Part shown: positions 27,715 to 38,840 of the stretch, piece by piece
How positions within the stretch are numbered: position 1 is the stretch's first letter
Layout: every line of letters starts with the position of its first letter
DNA from: Plasmodiophora brassicae
Lineage: Eukaryota
Reading direction: 5' to 3'
DNA length: 64,000 bases
Assembly (NCBI GenBank): GCA_036867785.1
Contig: CP145425.1
Coordinates: 310,001-374,000 of the forward strand
Position numbers and translations under genes: made by a program
Notes under the pieces: generated by a model
What the model saw: the letters and a program-made list of their open reading frames with translations, nothing else
Told to the model about the DNA's origin: nothing
Databases searched by the model: none

Positions 27715-30139
27715 TCACGGATGGCCAGCGATCTTTCTACCGGTCGGGCGCCACTGCTGTCGCTGTCGCCCATTAGCGTTTCGGTGGAGGTCCTGGGCCT
27801 GCCCCGGCACCTGAAGCACCTGCGGCGTCGTGCCCTTCTCCTGGATCTTGCACATGAGCATGTTCAGGTCGCGCGACACGCCAAAGAACGCCTTGTGCAC
27901 GGAGCCGCCGGCGAACGGGAACACGCGGGCCCAGCCGCGCCGACGTTCGTACTCGCGCGCCGACTCCTCCGCTACGATCTGCTGCATGACCAGCGCGTCA
28001 TCCCTGTTCCTGCCGCGTAGCCAGTAGCTGGGCGCCGACGCCCGGTACCGCGCCGACTGGGCACTGCCCGTCGTCGTCGTCGCCGGCTTCCTGTTCTGGA
28101 TGCCCAGCATCGTCAGCAGGTCGGCCAGGATCGTCGACTTGATGCGGTAATCCAGCGGCGAGTCGGACGACAGCGACGGGTGCCCGTTGACCTCCAGCAA
28201 CCACGGGCGGAGCGTCGCGTCCAGCAGCACATCGAACCTGTGCGACGCGGCTGGGTTCCCATCTGGTGCAGCACGACCACCCGTCCTACCCTAGCAGGCA
28301 GAAGCAGGAATCGCGGGCGCCCACGTTCTTGTGCACAGCGGCGTTGACCTGCCCAGGCAGAGGCGGTTCACACAGGGGCCGGTCGACGCCCGTCGCGTTA
28401 CCTGATCCTCGATCGAGACGATGGTTTTGAGGATGATCTGGTGGATGTCGTTGAAGACGCTGCGGTCGTTGAGGCCGCGCGCGCGCAGGTGCCTCCGCAG
28501 GGCGGTCAGCGACCACTTGTGCCCGCCATCGTCGTCGTTGGCGTCGTGGTTCCGGATGAACGCCGCGCTGTTCTTGTTGATCGAATAGTTCGTCAGGTGC
28601 ACGAACGGGTTGTCCAGCGACTTCCCGCTGATGTCGTACGGCTCGGTTGCGAACCGCAACAGGCCCTGTGATGCCAGGCGGGCGATCAGCACCGACCTCG
28701 TACCAGCGCGCGTGCGCGTTGCACGTCGAATCGTCACCTCTTCGTGGACGTAGATGCGCAGCGGGTCGAACGACGTGACCGCGACGTATAGGCGAATGTC
28801 GAACTTGCGCCCGTTGATCAGGTACGGGTGGGCAATGTACCGGGAGACGATCAGGTGCGCGTTGTGCGGTATGTCGGTCAGTTGGCGCGTCACGAAGATG
28901 CCTCGACCCTGGGACGCCGCATGCGGCTTCACGATCCAGAGCGACGACCGGTTCGCCAGCGAATGGTACGCCCGGTCGAGTTTATCGGCGTCCTAATGCA
29001 CGGGCGTCAGTGTCGCCCCATGAGCGCCGGGTGCCACGACGGGGTCACCATGGGCAGCAGGAACGTTTCGGGGATGAAGCAGAACGGGTTGCCGGCGGCG
29101 TGCAGCCGCTGCATTCTGGCGATGTTCATGAACAGGGAGTCCTTCCTCGTCAGCTGCTCGACGTTCGGGAACCGGGAGATCTTCTGCCCGGCGCGCAGGT
29201 GCCGGTACACCTCGTTGCGGACGACGGCCCGCCCCGTCCAGTGCAGGTCCCACTGGTGGCCCCGGTACGTCCTCGTGAACCCGGCCTGGTGGAGCAGCGC
29301 CCGAAGGATGCGGTTATCACCTGCGCAGGGGAACAATCGGGAACGACGCTCGGCCAAACGGTGCTTCTTCGTCGTCGTCTTACCGTTCATTCGGTACTGC
29401 AGAGTGACGGGTGCCGCCGACCTAGGGACGTCCACGATGCTGGCGGTGCCGTCATTGTCGACCTCGCCGACCAGGTCAACGTCTTCATCCGTGTCCACGT
29501 CGACAAGGTCGTCGTCGTTGTCGTTGTCGTCGTCGCCAGCGCCAGCCGTGGGCACCGGCGGGGCCACGAATTCCACAAGTTCGCCGGGGTCGTCGGCGCC
29601 GCTCTTCACGATGACGCTGGACGGTCGGGGCAGCTTTGGGTGTGGGCGCGGCGACACTGGCTTGCCGGGGTCCAGACGTGGCCGACTGTTCGAATGCGCC
29701 CTGGTCGCTGACGACGTCATCGACGACCGCGCGCGAATCGGGGGCGGCTTCGTCCCGGTCCGGTCGTCGGCGCCTTTGACGATGCAGTCGAGACGAGCGG
29801 ACGCCCGGCTCCACTGCTGATGGTGACGGGACATCAGCGTCTGCTTGGCTCGCGAATGAACCTGATGGGGAGCAGACGCTCATCCGCATGGGCAAACGCT
29901 GAGACGCGGGGGGCGATTACGGCTCGTGTGTCGGCGACCGACGAGCGCCGCTCATGATCCCAGACGCTGATCGTCTTCATAATCTGCTTGAGCTGGTCGC
30001 GTACGATCATCTGCTCCTGGAGCATGGCGGAGGCGGGCGGCGGCGTCGGTCCGGCCGCTAGCGCCTGGTGGCTCTCCTCGTAGCTGTGCACGAGGCTATA
30101 GAGGCGCTCGCGCAGCCTGGCCCGCACGTCGGTCGGCAT
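27715..30139 (-). CDS. tubulin polyglutamylase (TTLL4/5-like), multi-exon
   Basis: WDLHW, QKISRFP..LTRKD, FIPETF, WIVKP..SQGRGI, RYIAHPYLINGRKFDIRLYV, HLTNYSINK and PWLLEVNGHPSL. Confidence 0.92.
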
Positions 30140-30295
30140 AGCACGGTCGGTGCCCACGACGACCAAGCGAACGCCGGGCAGAACGGTACCCTGCAATCCT
30201 CAGTTAGCTCGCGGCTGCCGGTCGCGACGTACTAATGGGGGCCATCTCTGGTGCAGGAGATGGGATCGCGGGGCGCATGCAATCGCCGAGATTAG

Positions 30296-31274
30296 ATGCT
30301 GCTGCGGCCGGGCAAGCGCCTGCGGTACCTGACGACGCGGGCGGTGGCGCCGATCGGCGCCGTCACGTCCAAGCGGACGTTCTTCTTCGGCGCACGCCTC
30401 CGTACAGGTAATCGTTCGATGGCTGGGCTCGCCGGCGCGCCGACCGATGACGTTGCTGTGTCAGATGTGCCGCTGTTTGGACGGGTGCGACGTCGAGCAC
30501 GCCGCCCCAGTGATGTGGGTCTCTGATGCGTGATGATTAGGGCGACGAGAGCCTGTTCGTTGACGACGTCGAGCTGGTGGGGCCTGGCGTCGATCAGGCG
30601 GCGTCGCCCGACAGCGCCTGGCGGCCGCTGGGCACCATGCCGCACGACGACGTGTACCTGCTCGACTCCAGCCTCGTCCTCGGGTACTGCAACGACGAGA
30701 TTCCCGGCTGGAAAGCGTTCGTCAACGACCACGTTCAGATGGGTGCGTCGGATGCCCGCCTGGCAACGGGCCGGGCGACTCTGACCGTCGTGCGTGCTCA
30801 GGGAAACGATTCTACCTGTTGCCACAGGCCGCCGCGATCGCATCGGAGCATGCGGTCGAACTCCCGGGCGGGTTCGTCAGGGCGAAATTGGACGACGGCG
30901 CCCACGAGATGTCCCAGGTCGAGCGCGACGCGGTACGCGAGGAGGTCATCAGGACGTTGGACATTCAGGGCACACGACGGGCGCGCTTCCGGGTCAGCAT
31001 CGACCTGCTGGTCGAGGCGTGCCACTTCGTTGCCGCCGCCGACCCGTCGCAGCTGTCCGCCGACGACGTCCACTACAACAGGGTCGTGTTCGCGTCCAGC
31101 AACCTGGCGAGCATCAAGCGGCTGGTCGGGTGCCGGGCCAAGGCCGACCTCGTCCAGCGCGCGCTGTCGAAACATGCGCTCGGCACCATGACCCGGGTGC
31201 GGCACGTTTCCGCACGCCAGTCGTGGAACGACTTCTGTCGCCTGCCCTCCGTCATTTATCCTCGTTGCTATTAG
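30296..31274 (+). CDS. unknown family member 1 (PIN-like fold inferred), spliced
   Basis: MPHDDVYLLDSSLVLGY..EIPGW..H..G|KRFYLLP...DLLVEA...VVFASSN. Paralogous to the genes at 35018 and 35975. Arg-rich N-terminus. Confidence 0.75.
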
Positions 31275-31437
31275 CGCTCTCTGCACAAATAATATTTACA
31301 GAGTTTAACCTCACTTTAGCCACATGCAATTGCACCTGTGTGACTAAATGTCGCGTTATATGAAGCCGCGCTAACACCGCGGGCCTTTCCCACGGGCCAC
31401 GGCATCTCACGGCCTTTAACTAACGTACTCACTTTTC

Positions 31438-31690
31438 ATGGGCCCAAGCGACGCCGTGGGCGGCGATGGGAAGTCACACATGGCCGTGGTTCGCCCGTCC
31501 CTGTTCGAGCAGATAGCTGCTCCCAAGCTACAAACGAGCGACCGACCAGCGATCATCCTGTTCATGGATCAGCTCAAGACGTACAACTCCAAGATCATGG
31601 AGAAGATTGCTCTGGGCGAGAACATCGCCCCGATTGACATCAAAAACATGCTAGACGAGGGCATGCTCGCCACCATCTTCAAGTCGATTT
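31438..31690 (+). mobile_element. possible retrotransposon gag-like fragment, truncated by a fold-back
   Basis: ORF (IAAPKLQTSDRPAIILFMDQLKTY...) ends abruptly in its own inverted copy. The gag-like identity is a weak impression. Confidence 0.35.
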
Positions 31691-31756
31691 TGCAGATGGT
31701 GGCGAGCATGCCCTCGTCGAGCATGTTTTTGATGCCAATCGGGGCGATGTTCTCGC
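31616..31756. repeat. inverted repeat / hairpin 1
   Basis: Arms 31616-31678 and 31694-31756 (63 bp, 2 mismatches) with a 15-nt quasi-palindromic centre. Confidence 0.97.
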
Positions 31757-32331
31757 TCACGGGCGGACGTCGACGCACGATCGAGGATCAACTCTTATCG
31801 TGATCGATTGTCAGATGGCCTCCGGTGATAAAAGGTCTCGACATCGGGTCGCGAATGAGGACAATCTCAAGGTGATGGTGAAGTACATTGAGGTCAATGC
31901 GGGCATATCCCACCAGGCGGCGGCGGATCGTTTTCGCGTTGATCGATCGCGAGAAAATCAGACGGTTGTGTACAGAGTCGGACGCAGCGAGGTCCAAAAA
32001 GGTCGCCAAGGTCGGTTCCAGCTTCTGCCCTACCATTGATGACATGGTCTACGCCTGGCAGCTCCGCGTGGAAAACGACGCTCCTGAACTGAACGACACC
32101 CTGCAAGTTCTACAAGAGAAATCCCTTGAGTTTAGAGGACGAGCGCTGGATGCCTTCAGTGATGACCTTGACGAGAAGACGCTGTCGCGACTGCGATCCT
32201 TCACTGCTTCCAATGGCTGGGTGACACGCTACACTTTCAGGAAAGGCCTCCGCAGTGTGCGCCGCTGTGGGAAACACTAGGCTGTGCCAAATTCAGAAAA
32301 TTCTTGCAGGGATGACGTCATCAGCAATGAC

Positions 32332-33883
32332 CAGGCCTCATTAAAGGTGGAAATTTCCACTTTTCCCACTTTTAACTTAAAAGTGGGAAGAATCTGGACC
32401 TTAAAAGTGGAACTGACGAAATATAGCCTAAAAGTGCCCATTTTTGAGGTGGATTTATCACAACGAGCCCAGCAGGTCGAATTGCTTCGCCTGGAAGATG
32501 CCCTCCAAGGAGAGGTCGAGGAGGTTCTCGCGATACGCGTCCTTCTCCCACTTGAGAATGGAAAAGTCGGACTCGATCGACGTCGTGTTGAGGAGCGCGG
32601 TAGCCAACCCGACACAGAACCGACGCAGAAGCTCGAACCGTCCACCGGCGCGAGGAGCTTGTCGGCCCACGAGGGGTAGACAGCAGAGAGCAGCTTCTTC
32701 AACATCGCGACCTGGTGGTTGGCCGTGTGTCTGTCGAAGTGCGGCATGGCGATCAGAAGGATGTTGTGCAGCACGCCCTTGACGCCGAGACGGACACGCA
32801 AGTCGAAGAACGTCGTCCCGCGGTGACTGCTGCCGTCGAACCCGATCGACATCGTCCAGACATCGTCCGTGGCAAGTAGATCGCCGATCTTCTGGATGGA
32901 GACGCCGACGAGGACACGGACGAACCGGCCGACCATGTTGTCGTTGATGCCGGTCAGCTTGCTGAGGTTGAAGGTGGCGCGCACGGCCTCCATGGCGTTG
33001 GCAGTCTGCCGGAACGACAGGCCGTGCGAGACGAGCTTGATGGCGAGCTTGAACCGATCGACGTTCTTGATGGTGGTCTTGTACGACCCGTCTTCCTGGA
33101 CATTGAACAGGAGCAGAGCGTTGCGCTTCAACTGGGCAATGCCGGCGGGAGATGCTCGAGCGACGGCGATCGCACTCTCGTCCATGTCGTTGTCCAGAGC
33201 GGCCATCTCGTCTTCAGGCCGGAACATGAGCTCGGCGATCACGACCTCGACCGTCTCGCTGCTCATGCTGAACTCCAACACGTCGCCAGTGAGATCCCAA
33301 TAGTTGTGGAGCGTATTGCTGAGAGCGATGCGGCCCTTGAAAAATGCCTTCTTGCCGTCGATGGACTCGTTCTGGTACGCATCCCACAAGTCGGCGTGCT
33401 GATTGGTGAGGTGTTTCATGAAGAGGTCTGTGCGCCACGAGGTGTGGTACTGCGGCCCCTTCCTGGCAGCGCGCTGGCGGCCCACCATGTCGAGTTGGCG
33501 GCCGTGGAACTTGCAGAACAGGCAGATCGTGGAGGTGACGGCGCCGCCCGAGCTTCTTTCGGTGACCTCCATGGCGTATTTCAACGACCACGACTGGTCG
33601 TAGACCATACGAGCCTTCTTCGGGCCCATGATGCCGTGTCAGTCGAAGTGATGGGGTGGCATCGACGTCCGCTTGCTCCAGCACCAATGGGTGGGTCCGT
33701 GGAAGTCCTTATTGGTCCGTATGGAGTCCGGAAGTAGCAACGACGGTCTCTGCTCGGTTGCATGTGCCTCCAATAAGCTCCAGAGACCTGTTTGCGGAAC
33801 TTCCTTAAAAGTGGGAACATTTCGGACCTTAAAAGTGTTAAAAGTGGAAACTATTTATAGATTTCCACCTTTAATGAGGCCTG
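32332..33883 (-). mobile_element. hAT-superfamily DNA transposon (1552 bp, internally deleted)
   Basis: Perfect 23-bp TIRs CAGGCCTCATTAAAGGTGGAAAT (32332-32354 / 33861-33883), 8-bp TSD GCAATGAC (32324-32331 / 33884-33891), and subterminal AAAAGTG repeats at both ends. Confidence 0.95.
32458..33629 (-). pseudogene. hAT-like transposase with internal deletion and frameshift
   Basis: N-terminal CLFC...H...H Zn-finger-like region and catalytic SIGFDGSSH. Near 32655 it jumps to the dimerisation-like tail NTTSIESDFSILKWEKD..R..L.DLSLEGIFQAKQ in another frame. Confidence 0.8.
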
Positions 33884-33949
33884 GCAATGACTGAGTAATC
33901 GCTTCCTCATGGCGGTTCTAGATGTCCCTTCTGATGCGATATTCATCGC

Positions 33950-34192
33950 CGACGAGACCGCTGCCTTGTACCTAACCACGTTGACGAGAACATATGTTTC
34001 CATCAACAACGATAAACGGGGAACAAAACGGCTCAAACACCTTTTAACGGTCACCCTGATCGTTAGTGCTGCCGGGAAGAAACTCCAACTTTAAGTGAAC
34101 GGTCATTGAGCCTTTTTGTTCCCCGTTTATCGTTGTTGATGGAAACATATGATCTCGTCGACGTGGTCCGGTACAAGACAGCGGTCTCGTCG
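33950..34192. repeat. inverted repeat / hairpin 2 (copy of transposase coding sequence)
   Basis: Arms 33950-34036 and 34106-34192 (87 bp, 6 mismatches) with a 69-nt spacer. Both strands translate to DET...RTYVSINNDKRGTK-like peptides. Confidence 0.97.
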
Positions 34193-34649
34193 TGATGGAT
34201 TGTCTTCGAGCGGAATGGGTTTGATTCAGGTGGACGCCAAAGTTCAGGTGAGGAACGCATCAGGGATCGCTATTGCCTTTCGAGTCGTGGAAGGCTTGAC
34301 CGGCTCCGTAGTCTATTTGGCATTCAGCAGCGAATGACAAAGCAGTGGTTGACGAACTTGAAGTGGCTCCTGGGTATGAAGATCAACTTCTGACCATTCC
34401 TAACTCGTCTGTCACCACGATTGGTGAGGCCGGCCACCGCCACGTCTTTAAACTTGGCGAGTTACGTGTTGTCTGAGGGGGAGTTGCCCGCAGAACTGCC
34501 TGTAATGCCTTGTGGTCCCGTTCTTATTGGCCCGTATCTTGTACATGATGTGAATATCGTGGGATAGGATTGCTCCGGGTGAAGGATGCGCCAGACGGTG
34601 GCTCCGTTTGCGGTCCCCAGGCGACGGAGAGCCGTTCCTGTTCCGAGAT

Positions 34650-34678
34650 GGGGGGGGGGGGGGGGGGGGGGGGGGGGG
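34650..34678 (+). repeat. G29 homopolymer
   Basis: 29 consecutive G. Confidence 0.95.
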
Positions 34679-35017
34679 TCGGAGACAGACCCCAAATCGT
34701 TCTTCAAGGAAGTGATCAGCCGCCGCCGATCCATCGCAATCCTGGCATCCAGCGGCCGACAGAAACTGCTGTCGCATGGAATCATCACCTCCAACACCCT
34801 CCGCCCGCGTAACTGCGCCTCCTTCAGCCGGAGCGTGCCGAACAGGATGGGTCCCCTGGCCATTCGAGTTGGGTCTCTGTCTGCTTCGCTCCGCCGACAT
34901 CCGACCTCCGTCCCATCACCAGAACAGCAATACTGATGGGTCGCTCTGGCCATTGATCAGGTCATCACGGGCATATAGCGGCCGGTGCGGCCGCGCATTG
35001 CCGCACCGGTGCGGGTC

Positions 35018-35870
35018 ATGCTGCTGGCGACGGCGTGTGCTGCTGGACGGCCGTTACGCCGAACCGTAAGCCGCTTGCCGATGGCGGCTCCTCGGTGCCA
35101 GCGTCGGCTGTATACGGATCTGGATCTCAGCGACCGCGACAGGAAGCGCTTCCGGTACCTGGCCGGCCGGCTTGGGCAGCGTAGGGGCCGGGAGCCGCTG
35201 AACCGGATGCCGCACAAGGACGTGTACCTGATCGATATCAGCCTTGCGATTGGGTACGCGTTCGACGAGGTCAGCGGGTGGAGGGATTGGGTGCACGGCC
35301 ACCTGCTGCGCGGTCGGTTGTGTGCCTCCGAGAGACGGTGCCCGCGTGTGTCTGACTCGACGCGTGGCAGGCAAGAAGTGCTACCTGCTGCCCGAGGTTG
35401 CTAAAGCGTTCGCCAGGAGCTATCCGGGGCATGCCCTGCCGCACACGTTCGAGGTCCTGCGCTTGAGCGACGATATCATGCAGACGCATCGGTCGCAGCT
35501 CGACACTGTATTCAGCGAGATCGCGTCCGCGCTCGACCTGAAGGGGCGCACCGTCGACGTCATGAGGCCGAAGATGGACCTGTTCATCGAGGCGTTCCTG
35601 TTCGCGCGGTCCTGCGACCCGGCGCAGATCGACCCGGCCGACTTCGAGTCCGGCCTCGTCGTGTTCGCGTCGCACAGCTACAAGACGATCACGAAGATGG
35701 TGGGCAACGTGTTCAAGGCGCGGACCGTCGAGCGGATCCTCCGGCGGCACGGCGTCGCGCGCATGCTGCCCGTCCGCCTCGTGGACAACAACGCCATGTG
35801 GGCCGACGTGCCCCGCGAGTACTTCGAGAGCGTGCCCCCGGCGCCAGCGCGTCGTCTCCTCGACATATAA
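35018..35870 (+). CDS. unknown family member 2 (PIN-like fold inferred), spliced
   Basis: MPHKDVYLIDISLAIGY..EVSGW..H..G|KKCYLLP...DLFIEA...VVFASHS. Same intron position as members 1 and 3. Confidence 0.78.
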
Positions 35871-35974
35871 ACAGTACAGCATCGGGTGTGGAGCGGCAGC
35901 CACCGGGTTGTGTGCCCATGGCGCCGGCTGCGCCCCCTGGACTGCTACATGGGCCGTGCGCGCGCAGAAGTTCG

Positions 35975-36807
35975 ATGCGAGCGCTGACGGCACTGCGTCG
36001 TCGAGCGTTGCTGCCGTGCGCCCTGCAGCGGCCCTATCCTCGACGTGGTAAGCCATGTACGGCGCGCCCCCGTCGACGACGCAGGGCTGACGTTCACTGT
36101 AGTGGTCGCCGTTGCGAGGCGGCCGTACACGCGAACCGTTGATGTGCGCCCCGTCGAACGTGCGGGGCCGTGCCGTACGCTGCTGCCGTTGTCGGTGATG
36201 CCGCACAACTACGTCTACCTCGTCGATTCGACGCTCATCATCGGGTACGCCCGGGACGAATTCCCTGGCTGGAGAGCCTGGGCCGAGGAGCACGTTCGAA
36301 ACGGTGGGAGCAGGCATCTGGCTCCCGGCAAAGGTCTCCTCCGCGTCCTGATGCTGTCCGTTAGGCAGGACGTTCTATGTGCTGCCCCCGATTGTCCCCG
36401 TTGCCACCGTGCATGGCCCTGAGCTGCCTGACGGGTTCGTAGCGCTGCAGATGGCCGATGAGGCGAGCCTGGCAGGGCTACAGGATAAATCCATCGCCGT
36501 CTTCCGGGACGTCGTGGCGGAGCTCGACCTGAAAGGCAGGACGGTGTCGAGAATGGAAGCGTTCACCCGGTTCTACGCCACCGCGCGGGCGTACGTCGAG
36601 GCTTGCGACCGGTCGCAAATCGCTTCGCAGGACCTAGAGCTGCGGCGCGTCATCTTCCTGACCAGCAATTTCGGCGCAGCGTCACGCCTGATGAGCAACC
36701 GGGCCAAGGTCAACACCCTCGAGATGATCCTGTCCCGGTACGACATCGCCGGTCTGCTCAAGCTCCGGTACGTGTCCAACCAGCACTCGTGGCACGACTT
36801 TAACTGA
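35975..36807 (+). CDS. unknown family member 3 (PIN-like fold inferred), spliced
   Basis: MPHNYVYLVDSTLIIGY..EFPGW..H..G|RTFYVLP...LDLKGRTV...VIFLTSN...SWHDF. Confidence 0.78.
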
Positions 36808-36856
36808 ATACACGCCATCCACTGTACAAATGGTAAAGACCCGCGTTCTTGGCGTT

Positions 36857-38125
36857 CTATTCGCTGCCGGCGTCGTTCTCGGCTGGAATGGATTCAACGG
36901 GTGCAGGTTGCTCTAGAAGGTCGTACGGGTCCTTGATGACGCCGAGCACCGGATGGCCCGCCTCGCCAGCCAGCACCTCATCGCTGTCGACAGCATCTGC
37001 GATGTCTCCACCCAAGGGCATACACCGCTGGACGAGACCGCCGGCTTCGTAGAACGCCATCCCTACTGGTACCAGCAAGCGATCCCGCCCATCCTCATCT
37101 AACAACGAACGAGGCCCGTGTAATGCGAACCGACATGTTTACAGTGAATGCTAGGGGTCGGCTCATCGTGTCGCGCGAGGTCGCACTCCCTTGCCAGGTA
37201 CATCATCGTCGCTTTCGTCATCGTCGAAATCACTCTCGTCGTCGTCGTTGTCGTCGTAATCATCGCTGTCGTCGGCGTAATCACTATCATCGCTGTACGC
37301 ATCGTCATCCGAATCGTTGTCGTCGTCGTCGTCGTCGTCGGCACCAGCACGGAAGTCGTCGTCATCGTCATCGTCGCTACTTTCAAGTTCTTCTTCATCA
37401 GTGAACCCCTCGTCCTCATCGTCGTCGACTCTCAGGTCGTCGTCATCGCTGCCGGACTCGAATATGTCGTCGGAATCATCCGCTTCGTCAGCAGCGGCCC
37501 CCTGAAGCGGATCGCCAGCGCCACTGTCCTTCTCGATACTGGAATCGGCATGCTGAGCCATAGGACCCCTCTTTGCGCTAGCAAGAAGCGCCAGCCTGGA
37601 TCCAGATGGTACTGCACCCGCTCCGAGAAGGCCGCCTTTCCTCACCAGACAGCCAGGCTGGTTCAGTTTGCTGGCGTACGGGATCGGACCTTCAATCGGG
37701 ATCGGGTTGTACCTCTTGAACAGCGACGACGCGTGCAGATCGGTAAGGAACTTGTCGAAAGGCGGACGCGGGTACGAGTTCCACGACATCAGCACCTGAT
37801 CGACAAGCTCCTCCCGCCACTTGATATCCGTCAGCTTCTTCTTGTGCCCCTTCTTCTTCACCTCCTTGAATTTGACCACGCCGAGCGTCTCGCTCAGCAT
37901 CTTGTAGACCTGCGCCTTCTTCGGCTTCTTCGTGACTGCACCAGCACATCAGCGGGCGACAGCCTGTCCCGACAAAGGGCGCTACCTACTGCCGGGGATA
38001 TCCAGATGCACGTGCAGTTTGTTCATCGTCTTGCCGTCGATGGGCGGCCAGTGCTTCGGCCCGCGTATATGCGACAGGTACTCGAGCACGAAGTTCCGCA
38101 CGATCACCTTGCTGGGTCGCACCAT
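36857..38125 (-). CDS. hypothetical protein: unknown N-terminal domain plus long Asp/Glu-rich tract, spliced
   Basis: MVRPSKVIVRNFVLEYLSHIRGPKHWPP..., an acidic run of about 90 aa, and GT-AG introns near 37940-37990 and 37150-37200. Confidence 0.7.
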
Positions 38126-38324
38126 TGTGCCGCACGACGCCTGCCGCTGCTGGTGGTGGTGGTGGTGATGGCCGTGTGGCGGCGGCGACCCGCACTCCGC
38201 GACACGATGCAGCTCGTGCGCGTCAAGCAGCGGGGGGAGGGGGCGCGTTCCGCGCGGTGTAACGTAAGGTCCGCGCGCGCGACGCAGTCGCTCTCGTGCG
38301 GCGCTGCATCGACAGCAACAGGGG

Positions 38325-38747
38325 ATGACTCCGCCGAGCAAGCATGTGGTCATGACGTACTCGATGGAGTTCCTGGCGTTGATCCGGGAGCCCGACTACT
38401 GGAAGCCGACCTGGAAACGGTGCCTGAACCTGCACAGCCGGTATAACATACCGCACATGTCGAAGAAGCCGGGCATGCGCGACCTGTTTGACTTCTACGA
38501 GCACATGCGCCTGGCGCATCGGACGTGGATCCAGCCGGACCCGAGGCTGAGGAAGGAGCTGATTGTGGACTGGAACGAATCGCTGGTCGACTATATACTG
38601 TCCAAGTTCAACGTCGACCCGCCGCCCACCATCGAGAAAGTCTGCGTCGACTTCAAGAAGTCCAAAGAGTTTCTCGAGGCGGACGCGGCGTTCAGAAAAC
38701 GAGAAATGGAGGAGCGCCTGGCACTGTTCAAGGACGAGGAGCTCTAG
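38325..38747 (+). CDS. hypothetical protein, paralogue of the N-terminal domain of the divergent neighbour
   Basis: 140-aa intronless ORF MTPPSKHVV...IREPDYWKP...KKP...WNESLVDYIL. Confidence 0.75.
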   Translation: MTPPSKHVVMTYSMEFLALIREPDYWKPTWKRCLNLHSRYNIPHMSKKPGMRDLFDFYEHMRLAHRTWIQPDPRLRKELIVDWNESLVDYILSKFNVDPPPTIEKVCVDFKKSKEFLEADAAFRKREMEERLALFKDEEL

Positions 38748-38840
38748 ACTGCTAAACCATATACAACCCACGCCGCACTAGTAACAAGGAACCGGTTGTG
38801 CAATGAGCACTGAGGAACAGCTGTAATTATGCTGGCGGCT

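Larger units (their letters stand above)
31814..34094 (+). mobile_element. degenerate pogo/Tigger-like (CENP-B HTH + DDE_1) transposase pseudogene, interrupted by the hAT element
   Basis: HTH segment ...QEKSLEF...FTASNGWVTRY before the insertion and DDE-start IFIADETA...KRGTK..LTVTL..SAAGKKL after it. Contains frameshifts and stops. Confidence 0.8.

Noticed and set aside
34473-34486. TGAGGGGGAG as a copia polypurine tract
   Set aside because: No upstream RT/RNase H motif and no identifiable LTR pair.
33708-34537. Shared 15-mer CTTATTGG(T/C)CCGTAT at ~33708 and ~34523
   Set aside because: Too short to support homology; at most a CCAAT-like motif.
37148-38446. 432-aa + strand ORF with poly-Val/Ile 'transmembrane' stretch
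   Set aside because: Antisense shadow of the Asp-rich GAC/GAT tract of the minus-strand gene.
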